Origin: Eledone cirrhosa
Taxonomy: Eukaryota
DNA length: 64,000 nucleotides
Assembly (NCBI GenBank): GCA_964016885.1
Contig: OZ024740.1
Location: 338,210,001 to 338,274,000, forward strand
Reading direction: 5' to 3'
Position numbers and translations under genes: made by a program. The first letter of the stretch is position 1, and the number at the start of each line of letters is the position of its first letter. Under the pieces are notes generated by a model, which was given only the letters and a program-made list of their open reading frames with translations, was not told where the DNA came from and did not search any database. This document shows positions 28,427-43,173 of this stretch, piece by piece.

Positions 28427-31400
28427 AAAACACTTTGACTTAACTCCATACTACTCTAACTGTATTATAGATATATGTAGAGTGAGAGAGAGAGAGGGAG
28501 ACAGATACAATGGCACATACATAACTATACTTGTAAATGGTATGACATTTAAAATGCAGATATTGACACATGAAGCAACATACTCATATACCAACATACA
28601 CAAATGCATACATACACCCTCTAGTTCATGCTAGACACAGCATACTCACAGAAAAATAGATATATCTACACATGTAGACCAAAACTTTATAGTAAGCAAT
28701 ATTTTACAAGTAACACTATCTCAACAGTTAATGCTGCACATTGATGACAATTATCTATCAAATATTAAGACATTCTTTCTGCTCGGTGCAGTTGACTGCA
28801 ATTGTACATACTTTTATATCTTGAATAATTACATTGCCTTAAGGACGTACAGCGTAGTGTGTTGAAATCTGAAGATCTTTCTCAGAACATTGTTATAGTA
28901 AAAAAGAATGTTATTATATATCTAGTGGACCCATGCTGTCAATAATACCTGCAATAGCTTTGAACATATTAAGATTTTGGAATCCAGGATTGACATGCAA
29001 TACACACCAAGATTACTGGATATGTGAACAATCATATGAACTTGGAAATTTTTGTTTTGATAAATTATTAGTTTATATAGGAGAAACCCTATAGTTAATG
29101 CTAATTACTGATATGTGGAAGTGATTAAAGATAAGAGTAATGATAATTTATTTCTTAGATATTATTAGCTAAATGTTCATATATATACAAATGATATACA
29201 GGATTAAAAGTATTAGTAACTTTGGAGAAATATGTGACTGGAAAGTGAATTTCATATTGTATCAGCATGACTGAAATAGGAAATGCTTTATGTGTATGAG
29301 CATGTATGTTTATGTGCAGGATTTCTAAAGACTTACAGACAGTGATGTAAAATATACAAACACACAGGGTGTATTACTATAGTATATAGTCAAGGAACAT
29401 ATATGAAGGATAAAACAACATGAGAACTTGATGGCACTCTTCTCATGCCTTCTTGTTGATGCCTGTATTATGTCCCCAGTTCAATTCCTACTTAAACAGA
29501 AACACTTCTAATTTCATGTGTTTAAAGTGAATTAGATAGCACTCTGACTTGGTCTCGTGATATGCTAGAAATAACATCCACATCTCTCTCAAATCACACC
29601 CTACTGTCTTAAATCAAGATGGATACAGTGAATAATATTGTCCCTTATACACAAAAAATACATAATTGTCACAGCTGTGGTCTTAGGTTTTGTTGATCTA
29701 TGTCAACATACATCGAAACAAAAACTAGAATAAAAACAAAATAACTAAATTCCAATTTCAATGTTTCTTGAATTTATTCTGTTCAAGACATTTTCACTTG
29801 GTTCAGGATGCAGTTAAAATTTCGTGTGTGTATATCATTTAAGGTCAGTAAAATATACATATGATTCTCTGTATTCTTTTGTCATTTGTTCATCTTGAGA
29901 GAATCTGTTAGTAACCTGGTCACTCTATATCAAACTACTAACTGATTTTAAACAAACTGAGAGTCCTTCTTTTGAGAAGTGTAAATTTGTTGGTCCATCT
30001 ACTCTTTCTTGAGGGGATAACTTTTTAAAACTTAGTTACTTCATAGTTGAGTTACTTCAAAGCAATCATAATAAAACAAAACAAAGTTATAGGGTACAAC
30101 AACTTAAAGTTTAGGATTCTCCTATTAACTTCAATGCTATAACAGGAATAGATGAATGATTATTGTAAGCTTTGTTATGATTTCTCCGACGTAACCAGGC
30201 TATGAAACAACTAAGTGTGAAAAAATGCTTCTCCCGAAGAAGAAAGGTGGATGGACTAATCAAACTTCTGCTTGTCAGCTATATTCAAATCACAAAGAAA
30301 CTTACAAATACAACAAACTAGATAAAATGTTAAAATTGAATGGTGAGAATTGACAGCAATTAGTAGATAGCAGAATTTATAGCAGATTTTAAGTTCAGTT
30401 GCTATGATGAGTGAAGAATCTAAAGCAAACAGCAACAATGTTTCTCTTCTTCATCCTCAGACAAAGGACAGGAGATGGAAATGATACATTTTCTTTACTT
30501 ATATATACTATGGTAGGTGGTGAATTTACAGAGGCATTAGAACATCAGATAGAATGTTTTGCAGTATTCAATCCACCTCTCCACATTCTGAGTTCAAATT
30601 CCATCAAAGTCAAATTGCTTTCCATCTTTTTGAGGTTGACATAAAAGAACTATTCAAATACTGCAGTTGCCCCCCCCCCCCACACACTGTTTCTCTGAAA
30701 GAAAAAAATCAACTATGTTCATACCTGGATAGGAAGGATCTCTGCCTAGGATATGTTGTAAATTAAGGGCCTATAAGAAAAATGTCATGGAGAACATTTT
30801 ATTAACTTTTAACTAGTCTGATTATCGTTTCATTTGGTTGTGATTGTCTCGCCTGTTTCTCGCTACGAATCTCTTCTTTATGTTCTATGAAAAAGACAAC
30901 ATGTATGTTACTGAACTTATTTTGCCAGGAACAGGACACCAGTGGATATCCAAACTAATTTGTCAACAATACAGCATTGCTAATGATGGAACATAAAATC
31001 TTGACCCTTGATCCAAAATGGCAATGCAGGCACAGGTTCTGAATTAACTATTTTGAAACATATTTCAATTGCAATTTGCCATAAATACAAAATAAATGTA
31101 AACATTTTACATAAAAACCATTATTATATTGATATAAAAGTAGTTGGCCACAAATAAATAAATTTTATTGTTTTTTTATTTCCTTTATTTCATTTTTTCT
31201 AAATCATTGATTATAATATAGACACAATGTCACACATTTGTAAAGAAAGGATATCACCAACTGAACATAGCTAGTAAATAACTGTTCCTAATGATCCTGT
31301 GGTAAAATAATGACTCTGCACAGAGGGAGGTAAATAAATACCACAACATATTTAGTTAGGAATTCTAATGTTTCTGCCTCCTCACTCTTTTATAGATAAT

Positions 31401-32344
31401 ATATATTTATATCCAAAATTATGGTTCCGCTGTGAGATGGGTTCAGTGCGGCCAGCTGGCCTATTCCTCCTCACAACAGAACCATCCAGTTCCACACTGT
31501 AAATGTGGTTTGTGTTAGGAAGGGCATCCAGCTGTAAAATACCCAGCCAAATTTACAGTCCTCGTTGGAGCAAGGTACGGTGTGACCAACTCTGGCCAGA
31601 CTTGACTCTCTGCATGTACGACCCATCTAACCCATGCAAGCATGGAAAAATGGGCGCTAAACAATGATGATGATGATGATTTTCTCTTATTGACAGAATG
31701 TCCAAATTTGTGGGAATAGTAAAATCATTATAAGGCAGTATCAGTTCATATCTGATACTTGTTTCTTGTTGAGCAGACACGGAAAAAACCTCTGTCAGTT
31801 TCTCTCGATACAATTACAATAATAAGGCATGAGTTAACCCAAGGTTATGGTAAATGATACTTGCATAAGATGCCATATAGTGGTATTGAACCTGGGATCA
31901 AATTATTGCAAAGCAAATTTCTTTATAATTTAGTTATGCTGTATCCACTGAGCAGATATATGATTAAAAGCATTGCAGCAATTACTGACCATCTTCTCAT
32001 CTTTAGGTATTATGTATCTAAGAATATATTATCCAAATATTTTATTTATCTATCTAACACTATATAATCTTCAGTTAACGTTTTGAAGATAAGGGAAATT
32101 TGATTGCTATTTGTAGCATGTCCAATGACCACATAGAATTTCCACTGTTGGTTTGTTTGGTATTTTATAGATATTGTTGGAATGAAAAGTTTCATTATAA
32201 TATGTCAAGTAATGATCTTATGTAAAGTCTTATATTACATAGTCCCACTATAAAGTATTTATACATTTATACATCCATGTATATATTCATATATACAAAT
32301 TATGTGTTGTCATGTGTATGTATGCTTAAAAATCAATATGTTCT

Positions 32345-34050
32345 ATTTACTAACACTTTAGTTTTTGCTAAGTTTATTCTCAGCACCTTTTGATTCTAAA
32401 TTCTTTTTTCATAGTCAGACTCGGCTATAAGAACCAGATCATAAGCATAAGAACTTCCCCTGGACAGCCAGTCTTAACCTCCTCTTTTATGACTGGAAAA
32501 CTATAATGAACAGAAGTAGGCTGAAGACTGAACTTGATGCACTCATACCTATACTTTGAATTCCACTCTAAACTCCTTTCCTACTCTCACTTTATGGACA
32601 GTTCCTCTGTAAATCGCTTGCACTACTCTCATAAGCCATTCTTCTACATCTAGTTTCTTTAAAAAACCACCAGTTTAAGGTACTCTTACAAAGGCCTTTC
32701 ACCTAATTGACTCTGTGGGTTACTATTTCAGCTCCTACTTCTGAGGCTTTTAGAATCTCAGTGACTACCTTTGATGTTCCTGCAACTTTACTGTTCCTCT
32801 CCTACGTTCTTTACCTTGTAACTAATGATTTCAATAGCTGTTCCCTCTGTTGAGTCAGCTGGTAGTAGTCTCTCTTCCTCCCATTCATTCTCCACATTCA
32901 TCAGCCTCTCACAGAAGCATTTCCAGGCTTCTATCTTTTGAGCATCAGTGATGGTACATACACCAGTGTTATTTTGAACAATTATTTTCCCAACAATATT
33001 CTGATTCACACTGACACACTGCCTTACAATGCAGAACACCTCACATCTCTGATCCTTAACCACTTTGCATGATATGTATACACACTTTCCAGGTTTTCCA
33101 CACCTATCTCTTGGCCATTACTGTGCTGTTCCACCACCAGTTTACTTTCTGTCTGCCAGGTTCATTTCTCCAGCCACAATTCTCATCAGTAGTTTGCAGT
33201 AGGTTGTCACAAGAATTTCAAATTGTCCTCTATGTCATCATCATCATATGCATCCTGTAGTGCTTTTTGAAACGCCATCCAGGCCGAAACAAATGAGATC
33301 GTGTAGATGTCACGACAAAAAAACACACAGTCCACGCTGTAATGTGGCCGTGTAGGCAACACGGTAAAAACCTCCCAGACCCACACTGTAAATGTGGTTG
33401 GTGTTAGGAAGGGCATCCAACTGTAGAAAACCTGCCAGACAGTCCTATGCGAGCAAGACAATCACTCTTGCCTCAAGTGGGACTACCCCCATCCAAACCC
33501 ATGCAAGCGTGGAACACGGGACGTTAAACGTTGATGATGATGATGATGATGATGATATTTAACAGAAAGATCTATTAGCTTCTATACTCCCCATCTTAAT
33601 ATTTTTCTGCATGTCTTGAGCTTATTCAGATGTTACTAATAACTACTAATTATGTTAAGCATTCTTCTCCAGTGAGAGTCTTAGTATTATAATCATCTTG
33701 TTGTCTGACAAATAAGAAGTCAATCTGGCTTGTGCGTTCACCATATTGGTAGGTGATTAGATGGCTAGCAGGTTTCCTGAAGTTAGTGTTGCAAATGGTT
33801 GGTACTTTTATATCACAAAATTCAAAGACCCTCACTCACTCTTCATTTCTCAAGCCTTAACTATATCCGCCTTGTACTCCAGTGTATCCATCCTGGTGCT
33901 GCCCGACAAAGTCTATTGAAGTCGTCTGTTAGGATGATGAGTTCTCTGTTATCTGTAACTGAGGTTGTTTGTAAAATTTCCCCATAGAAATAGTTCTTTT
34001 GTTCTTTACTATGATCTGCTTGTCAGTAGGTTAATATTGTCAGCATAACA
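32345..34050 (-). mobile_element. old RTE LINE remnant with nested SINE (about 33290-33555)
   Basis: ORF 32788-33063 [18 protein letters not shown] matches the 10938 ORF. 33650-33835 CNTNFRKPASHLITYQYG..QIDF is the endonuclease C-terminal motif. Confidence 0.8.
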
Positions 34051-34089
34051 CAGATTTAAATGGAAGCTGTCTTCCATATATATATATAT

Positions 34090-34460
34090 ATTGGAAAATG
34101 CATGAGATCCATGGTACAGTAAGGTAGTTGGTATTCTATAGCAATTTAATTATACAATTTTACAATTTTGCTATGTAGATCTAATAAGTCTTTTGTTAAC
34201 CTCACTGGAAAATTGTTTTTTAAATCCTGGTTAACTTCTGGAGAACTTTCTCATATTCAGCAGTGGCGATTGCCACTGACGAATGCAAGAAAGTTCTCCA
34301 GAGAGTTAACCAGGATTTTTAAAAATCTTTCCACTGAAGTTAACAAAAGACTTATTAGATCTACATAGCAAAATTGTAAAATAGTAAAATTGTAAAATTA
34401 TGAAATTAAATTGCTATAGAATACCAACTACAAGTGAAGTCATTCTTTTCCTTTTTTAAT
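34090..34460. repeat. ~150-bp-arm imperfect palindrome (fold-back element) between TA runs
   Basis: 34123-34431: GTAGTTGGTATTCTATAGCAATTT ... AAATTGCTATAGAATACCAACTAC, with centre AGTGGC GATT GCCACT. Confidence 0.75.
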
Positions 34461-35690
34461 AAATATATATATATCATCACAATCATCATCATCACTGGTT
34501 AATGTATATTTTTCCATGCTAGCATGGGTTATATGAGTTATCCCATTGTGAGACAAGTCAGATCAGCTGACCATGTCTTGCTCATACATTCTGGTTTGGT
34601 TTCTATGGTGGGATACCCTTCCTAATCCCAAGCATATTTACAGTGTGTACTGGGTGCTTTTTGCATGACACCTACATGACCACTTTGCAGTGTGGGTTGG
34701 GTGCTTTTTGTTGTGACACTTGGAGGATTGCCTACATACCTTCTCTGTTTTGCTGACGATATTAACCTACTGGGAAGCAGTGAAAAACTCCAGAAACTCA
34801 GCACCAGCAAGGAAAAAGTGTCAGGAGCATACAGAATGAAGATCAACTCAGGGATGAGGAAAATGTTCATCATTAATCTCAATCTGACAACAACAACCAG
34901 CATCATACTGAATGGAGGAATACTTGAAGTGGACAACTTGGAATACTTTGACCAAGAACATTGAATCTCTGGAATTTCATTCTAATTCATGTTTTTCTAT
35001 GATTTATCGACTTGCATCTGCTTAAGTGGAAGCTTATTACTTAATGACATCAATCTCACTGGTTTTGGAGTGCACAAGCCACTATGAAGCATGACTATGA
35101 AGCATGAATAGGATGAATAAAACTCTCAATACTAGAGTTTGATAACTAGAAATATCGATAGGAGTTCAATTCCTGTCTGATTTTTATTTAAAACCTTTTC
35201 TCTCTTTCTACACTAAATAAAATATTATATAATTAAGTATTATTATGTGGTTATATCAAGTAATTTTCCAATATTCAGTAATGTTTTAGCTATAATCAAT
35301 GGTTTCTAATATGGAAGGTAACCACTGAAAGAAATATACAATTTTCACATTATACAGTATATTACTAGATGCGTAGTAATCACCTCTTATATTGCTAGGT
35401 GTGTAGTTTTATTCCCAGAAGTGTATCAAGTACCACATAACTAATTTAATGAAGCAAATAAAATTAAAATTAACTCCAAAGTAAACCTATTAAGTCACAT
35501 TCAATCACTCTCTAGAGTTAAAGACAAGTATAAATTAATAAAGGTAACAAAGTATATAACTCTTTATATTCCACATATCAAAAATCTGAACACCAAAGAA
35601 GAAATTATGTGGCAAATACTATTGAAATTATAGTATCACTTTTTGATAACATCAAGGAGTGTATGATTCTCTAAAAATATATATATATAT

Positions 35691-37794
35691 ATGGAAAGTT
35701 ATATTTAAATTGTTGGGTTACAACTAGTAAATATTTATAACTGATATAAAAGCACTCAACAAGTATTTGGAGTATATTTACGATATTAAATAAATGGAAA
35801 CTATATTTATAAAACCATATTTATTTCATTATATATATTTCAGGGATATCATATTAACAATATGTTATGCCTTCCTCAGACAAAATACAATATAGACAGT
35901 TTTATAGATAAATAGATTTGACATACCGTTCAACATCGACTTGTATTTGAAAAAGTTGATTTGGCAGTGAAAAATTGTAAACAGAAAGAAAGAAAGAGAG
36001 AAAGAAGGAAAGAAAGAAAGAAAACGAAGAAAAAGAAGAAAAAGAAGAAATGCATGCAACAAAATAGAGAGATGGAAAGATAGATAAAGAGAAGAACCTC
36101 ATGTAAAGAAACAGAGGGATATATATATATAGAGGAAATAGATAGAGATAGATATATATAGAGAAAAGTAGGTAGTTGAACATCCGTTGAATGAACGTAT
36201 CAATGATACATTTATTTATTTATTTATTTATTTAGCTCTAGTATTAATGTAAGGGAGATATATGTGGTTAGGAAAGAAACCAGCCGTTATATAGAGAGAA
36301 AAATGAAAAGTAACCAGACATAGGCGAGGCAGAATTTAAAAACCCTATGTTTTAATGTAGAAATATTAGTTCGTATAAAAACCAGGCACTATAATGTAAA
36401 TATCAGTATTCCTGAATGAGACACGTATCCATAATGTGTGAAAAGTCTAGTTTTAAAAATTCATGTTTATATGATAACTACAAACATCGATGTGAATTTA
36501 CGTGATCAACTCTGCAAACCCCTATTTCACACGGAGAACATTCTCATTGTGCTATAAAAATTTAAGTATACATATATGTGTATATATACACATATATATA
36601 GAGTCTATATTAATTTTAACAATACTATTCTTGTCTTTACTCTACATGATTATCCATCAAGCAGAAATAGAGAACAGATTTCAATATATTAATAAAAAAT
36701 ATCAGAAACAAAAACAAAAAATAATAATAATAATAATAATAAAAATAAACAAATAAATAAAATAGAAAACTAAAGAATATTACATATTAAAAATAAAAAT
36801 ATTAAAGATATTAAAAAATATTGAAATAATAAAAATAAAAACATAATAGAAACATAATATGCCACGCAAATCGACCACAAAGATCAACCCTTCAAAATTA
36901 ATTGACAATATATTGCCAAGTTCATTATAAGCATCAGAGTCGAAAACAGATAAAGCTAAAAATTATTTACCAAATCGCGTCTAGCAGAAATCATTTCAAA
37001 AAGTTTAGGATGCCCATTTGGTCTACATATGTTCTTATATTTAATATAGAAGTTTATCTAGTGTAACGTTTATTCGAAATATTTGGAGCATCAACTTTTA
37101 GGGTAGTTTAATTTTTCATGAAGAATGTTTAAATAAAAATAAAAATAAAAATAAAAAGAAAAAGAAGAATAAAAAGAAGAAATCGAAAGATTTATCGGCT
37201 AGTTTCCCAAATAATTATAAATAAAACTAAATATACTACATTTTAAATTTAAATTTATATTTAAAAGTTGAGTTCAATCTATGTTTGCAGCAACTGAATA
37301 AATTTGTCCGTAGATTAAGGGAATTTTTAGATTTTAGTATAAAGAATATCTCCTCCGCGCAGAGGTCACATGTCTCAGAGGATGAATTAAAAGGAATCCC
37401 TCTTGAGACTATATTCCAAACCGTCGAATATCTAACGTTATCTTGCCTAAGTTGCCAGAGTACGCCTGATAGTGCTGTTGAAGATTTTTGCTTGGATCTG
37501 TGAAAGAATTCTTGTGGTTATTATAGCGAAGTTTAAATTCCGTCGATGTGGAACCGACGTAGTTAAAAGAATTAGAGTCCGTTTTAACATTACAGTTGTA
37601 TATTATATTTTTAACTAAGCAGTTGTTATTTAACGGACATTTAGATCTATCTCTACAGTTACATTTGTTAACTTGTATATTATTTATGCTATTATCGCTA
37701 GGTTTTAAGTTCCTATTATTTATTCTATTAATATTTTGTGCTAAATTTTTGGTGGATGAGTAGGTTAATTTTATAGTATGTCTATTGAAAATTG
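35691..37794 (-). mobile_element. inverted 5'-truncated copy of the Naiad element (ORF C-terminus, 3' UTR, tail)
   Basis: Reverse complement of about 40527-42595 plus the tail equivalent to 38736-38826. Small indels. Begins at a TA run. Confidence 0.95.
35822..35887 (-). ncRNA. hammerhead ribozyme (inverted pLTR copy)
   Basis: Reverse complement of 38629-38694. Confidence 0.7.
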
Positions 37795-38628
37795 TTTCTG
37801 ATATTTTTTATTAATATATTGAAATCTGTTCTCTATTTCTGCTTGATGGATAATCATGTAGAGTAAAGACAAGAATAGTATTGTTAAAATTAATATAGAC
37901 TCTATATATATGTGTATATATACACATAAATGTATACTTAAATTTTTATAGCACAATGAGAATGTTCTCCGTGTGAAATAGGGGTTTGCAGAGTTGATCA
38001 CGTAAATTCACATCGATGTTTGTAGTTATCATATAAACATATGAATTTTTAAAACTAGACATAAGATCATTACTTTTCACACATTATGGATACGTGTCTC
38101 ATTCAGGAATACTGATATTTACATTATAGTGCCTGGTTTTTATACGAACTAATATTTCTACATTAAAACATAGGGTTTTTAAATTCTGCCTCGCCTATGT
38201 CTGGTTACTTTTCATTTTTCTCTCTATATAACGGCTGGTTTCTTTCCTAACCACATATATCTCCCTTACATTAATACTAGAGCTAAATAAATAAATAAAT
38301 AAATGTATCATTGATACGTTCATTCAACGGATGTTCAACTACCTACTTTTCTCTTTATATATCTATCTCTATCTATTTCCTCTCTATATATATATCTCTC
38401 TCTGTTTCTTTACATGAAGTTCTTCTCTTTATCTATCTTTCCATCTCTCTATTTTGTTGCATGCATTTCTTCTTTTTCTTCTTTTTCTTCGTTTTCTTTC
38501 TTTCTTTCCTTCTTTCTCTCTTTCTTTCTTTCTGTTTACAATTTTTCACTGCCAAATCAACTTTTTCAAATACAAGTCGATGTTGAACGGTATGTCAAAT
38601 CTATTTATCTATAAAACTGTCTATATTG

Positions 38629-38694
38629 TATTTTGTCTGAGGAAGGCATAACATATTGTTAATATGATATCCCTGAAATATATATAATGAAATA
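38629..38694 (+). ncRNA. type I minimal hammerhead ribozyme in 5' pLTR
   Basis: tattttgt CTGAGGA agg..catatt gtt aatatg..cct GAAA tatata TA atgaaata. Predicted cleavage after 38686. Confidence 0.7.
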
Positions 38695-38872
38695 AATATG
38701 GTTTTATAAATATAGTTTCCATTTATTTAATATCGTAAATATACTCCAAATACTTGTTGAGTGCTTTTATATCAGTTATAAATATTTACTAGTTGTAACC
38801 CAACAATTTAAATATAACTTTCCATGTATCTTGCTCCAATACTGTTGAGCGCTTTATATTATAACTGAAAAA

Positions 38873-41086
38873 ATGGAATTCTTTAAGATTACTTCCTCTT
38901 TAAAAGACATACCTCTACCTAGAAACAAAGACTTTATAAAACAATTAATAGATAAATCTGACTCTTTTATAAGGAGAATCAGGTGGCGAGCATTCCACTT
39001 TGATAAATCTAATATAAATGAAAATGTCTCGGACTTAAACAAAGTTTTCAAATCTAAAAGAAATCCACCCCCTAACAAACTTTTATCTGACTTTGAAAAC
39101 GATATAATTTCTATCATACAAGGGGTCAAATTCAAGATAAACTTCAAAGGCCAGGAATATCTGAAAGGCATTAAGGATAATATTGAGAGCTTAGAGAAAA
39201 CTGAGAAGATCTTGGTGAAATCTGACAAGACCAACAACCTCTATGGAGTGCAGAAAGACATGTATAATGGCCTCATACTGAAGGAACTGAGGAAAAAGTA
39301 CAAGGTAGCAGATAAGGCCGAGCTTGAGAAAATGAATGTCGAAGCATCTTGTATAATGCACGAGTTGGAAATTGAGAACAGAACACAACCTTTCGTGCCC
39401 AGGAAACCGAAGATCAATATGAAAGATCACAAAAGGAATTTTGAAAATGACTTGCCAGTTAGATTGATCGCACCATCAAAATCGGACCTGGGCAAATTAA
39501 GCAAAAACATTCTTGACAGGGTGATACAGCAAATTAAAAACTTGGATTGTTTACCTAACCTGAGCTTGTGGGAGGGAACTGGAGAGGTTGTTGAGTGGTT
39601 TAAGCAAATTAAATATAACAATAATAATAAGTTTATTCAACTTGATATTGCTAACTATTATTCTTCTATTACCCCTAATCTACTAAATAAGGCACTAAAT
39701 TACGCATTCAAACATACAAACCTAACTAGCAATGAAATGCACATTATATTATCGGCTAGGAAAACATTGATAGAATTTAATGACCAACTATGGACCAGAG
39801 CAGATAGAGATAGCAATTTTGACATTACTATGGGATCATCCGACTCAGCTCAGGTAACTGACCTTGTGGGCTTATTTTTAATCAATTCGCTACATAGGAG
39901 AATACCTGGTACTACCGGAGGTTTATATAGAGATGACATGCTTTTACTTATTGATAATAATAACTCTGAACTAAATAGAAAAAGAAAACAAATTACACAA
40001 TTTTTTAATTACTTTAATCTAAAAATAGAAATTGAGAACAACCATAGAATAGTCAATTTCCTAGATATAACATTAAATCTCAACACATGTCTGCACTATC
40101 CTTTTCACAAGTTGAATGAAAACTTAAACTATGTCAGCTTTAACTCTAACCACCCCAGATCTGTCAAAAACACTATAGTAAACTCTGTTCAAAAACGTAT
40201 CTCTAGAATCTCGTCTAATAGAAAGATTTTCGACGAAAAAGCCCAGTACTACAATGAAGCGTTAGCTAGAGCAGGATATAGTGATAAGATTATGTACATA
40301 GATAATGATAGACAAACTAAACAAAATAACAACTATTTTAATTACGGCCACAACCTTAACAACTATAATAGAAAGCATTACAATAATTCCAAAAGCCAAA
40401 AAAGAAATAGAACTAGGAACATAATATGGTTTGGCCCCCCTTTCTCACTAAACATTAAAACCCACATCGCTAAACTATTTTTTAAAGCTCTTGATAATCG
40501 CTTCCCTAGAACACATAGGTATCACTCAATTTTCAATAGACATACTATAAAATTAACCTACTCATCCACCAAAAATTTAGCACAAAATATTAATAGAATA
40601 AATAATAGGAACTTAAAACCTAGCGATAATAGCATAAATAATATACAAGTTAACAAATGTAACTGTAGAGATAGATCTAAATGTCCGTTAAATAACAACT
40701 GCTTAGTTAAAAATATAATATACAACTGTAATGTTAAAACGAACTCTAATTCTTTTAACTACGTCGGTTCCACATCGACGGAATTTAAACTTCGCTATAA
40801 TAACCATAAGAATTCTTTCACAGATCCAAGCAAAAAATCTTCAACAGCACTATCAGGCGTACTCTGGCAACTTAGGCAAGATAACGTTAGATATTCGACG
40901 GCTTGGAATATAGTCTCAAGAGGGATTCCTTTTAATTCATCCTCTGAGACATGTGACCTCTGCGCGGAGGAGATATTCTTTATACTAAAATCTAAAAATT
41001 CCCTTAATCTACGGACAAATTTATTCAGTTGCTGCAAACATAGATTGAACTCAACTTTTAAATATAAATTTAAATTTAAAATGTAG
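38873..41086 (+). CDS. PLE polyprotein: reverse transcriptase + GIY-YIG endonuclease (737 aa)
   Basis: SLKDIP N-terminus, KSDKTNNLY, PVRLI, FIQLDIANYYSSI, ITMGSSDSAQVTDLVG, GLYRDD, VNFLDITL, SNHP, CNC..CPLNNNC, IIY..YVGST, RYNNH, CDLCAEE, CCKH. Confidence 0.95.
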   Translation: MEFFKITSSLKDIPLPRNKDFIKQLIDKSDSFIRRIRWRAFHFDKSNINENVSDLNKVFKSKRNPPPNKLLSDFENDIISIIQGVKFKINFKGQEYLKGIKDNIESLEKTEKILVKSDKTNNLYGVQKDMYNGLILKELRKKYKVADKAELEKMNVEASCIMHELEIENRTQPFVPRKPKINMKDHKRNFENDLPVRLIAPSKSDLGKLSKNILDRVIQQIKNLDCLPNLSLWEGTGEVVEWFKQIKYNNNNKFIQLDIANYYSSITPNLLNKALNYAFKHTNLTSNEMHIILSARKTLIEFNDQLWTRADRDSNFDITMGSSDSAQVTDLVGLFLINSLHRRIPGTTGGLYRDDMLLLIDNNNSELNRKRKQITQFFNYFNLKIEIENNHRIVNFLDITLNLNTCLHYPFHKLNENLNYVSFNSNHPRSVKNTIVNSVQKRISRISSNRKIFDEKAQYYNEALARAGYSDKIMYIDNDRQTKQNNNYFNYGHNLNNYNRKHYNNSKSQKRNRTRNIIWFGPPFSLNIKTHIAKLFFKALDNRFPRTHRYHSIFNRHTIKLTYSSTKNLAQNINRINNRNLKPSDNSINNIQVNKCNCRDRSKCPLNNNCLVKNIIYNCNVKTNSNSFNYVGSTSTEFKLRYNNHKNSFTDPSKKSSTALSGVLWQLRQDNVRYSTAWNIVSRGIPFNSSSETCDLCAEEIFFILKSKNSLNLRTNLFSCCKHRLNSTFKYKFKFKM

Positions 41087-41570
41087 TATATTTAGTTTTA
41101 TTTATAATTATTTGGGAAACTAGCCGATAAATCTTTCGATTTCTTCTTTTTATTCTTCTTTTTATTTTTATTTTTATTTTTATTTAAACATTCTTCATGA
41201 AAAATTAAACTACCCTAAAAGTTGATGCTCCAAATATTTCGAATAAACGTTACACTAGATAAACTTCTATATTAAATATAAGAACATATGTAGACCAAAT
41301 GGGCATCCTAAACTTTTTGAAATGATTTCTGCAAGACGCGATTTGGTAAATAATTTTTAGCTTTATCTGTTTTCGACTCTGATGCTTATAATGAACTTGG
41401 CAATATATTGTCAATTAATTTTGAAGGGTTGATCTTTGTGGTCGATTTGCGTGGCATATTATGTTTCTATTATGTTTTTATTTTTATTATTTCAATATTT
41501 TTTAATATCTTTAATATTTTTATTTTTAATATGTAATATTCTTTAGTTTTCTATTTTATTTATTTGTTTA

Positions 41571-41638
<68 letters not shown>

Positions 41639-42487
41639 TTTTGTTTTTGTTTCTGATATTTTTTATTAATATATTGAAATCTGTTCTCTATTTCTGCTTG
41701 ATGGATAATCATGTAGAGTAAAGACAAGAATAGTATTGTTAAAATTAATATAGACTCTATATATATGTGTATATATACACATATATGTATACTTAAATTT
41801 TTATAGCACAATGAGAATGTTCTCCGTGTGAAATAGGGGTTTGCAGAGTTGATCACGTAAATTCACATCGATGTTTGTAGTTATCATATAAACATATGAA
41901 TTTTTAAAACTAGACATAAGATCATTACTTTTCACACATTATGGATACGTGTCTCATTCAGGAATACTGATATTTACATTATAGTGCCTGGTTTTTATAC
42001 GAACTAATATTTCTACATTAAAACATAGGGTTTTTAAATTCTGCCTCGCCTATGTCTGGTTACTTTTCATTTTTCTCTCTATATAACGGCTGGTTTCTTT
42101 CCTAACCACATATATCTCCCTTACATTAATACTAGAGCTAAATAAATAAATAAATAAATAAATGTATCATTGATACGTTCATTCAACGGATGTTCAACTA
42201 CCTACTTTTCTCTATATATATATATCTCTATCTATTTCCTCTCTCTATATATATATATCTCTGTTTCTTTACATGAAGTTCTTCTCTTTATCTATCTTTC
42301 CATCTCTCTATTTTGTTGCATGCATTTCTTCTTTTTCTTCTTTTTCTTCGTTTTCTTTCTTTCTTTCCTTCTTTCTCTCTTTCTTTCTTTCTGTTTACAA
42401 TTTTTCACTGCCAAATCAACTTTTTCAAATACAAGTCGATGTTGAACGGTATGTCAAATCTATTTATCTATAAAACTGTCTATATTG

Positions 42488-42553
42488 TATTTTGTCTGAG
42501 GAAGGCATAACATATTGTTAATATGATATCCCTGAAATATATATAATGAAATA
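42488..42553 (+). ncRNA. hammerhead ribozyme in 3' pLTR
   Basis: Identical to 38629-38694, 3859 nt downstream. Confidence 0.7.
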
Positions 42554-42593
42554 AATATGGTTTTATAAATATAGTTTCCATTTATTTAATATC

Positions 42594-42698
<105 letters not shown>

Positions 42699-43173
42699 GT
42701 GTGAGTTAACTAATAGTTTTGCTTTTATAAGTATATATATATCAAAAGTATATATTGAGTTAAAAACTCACAATAGTCCCTCAAGGAAAACATTTTCTGA
42801 GCCTAATAATACAATAAAGAGAGAAAAACATAGATATATACATATATGCATTCAAATCACATGCGATACCATGTGCGTTTTTTTCTCTCTTAACGCACAT
42901 TTAGTCTTCTAAGAAATTTAGTAGTGGAGCGATTACTGATCCGAACATCTATTGAAAAGCATTGGATCTTTAACTCTCTTCACCGAATTGCGATACAGTT
43001 CTACACAAAGCTGTCTGGATGTTGATAGTTATAATAATCGGTTTGTAAATCTTAATTTAACCTTTTAATTGAGTTTTGTCAACCATATTATCTTTAGTCA
43101 GTATTTTCTTCACCCTGGTGGTTTACGTCCCTTGTGATTTGAATGCATATATGTGTTTGTCTCTCATTATTGT

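Noticed and set aside
28811-28949. Minus-strand segment bounded by TTGCAG| and |GTATGT splice-like sites
   Set aside because: Stops in all three frames. It could only be a non-coding exon, which is not supportable without RNA data.
36405-36450. Antisense HHR-like CTGAATGA..GAAA in the pLTR
   Set aside because: Extra nucleotide in the core and no stem I pairing.
41190-41430. Possible SECIS (ATGA..AA..GA) in the intact Naiad 3' UTR
   Set aside because: Stem spacing and pairing do not fit, and the ORF has no in-frame TGA.
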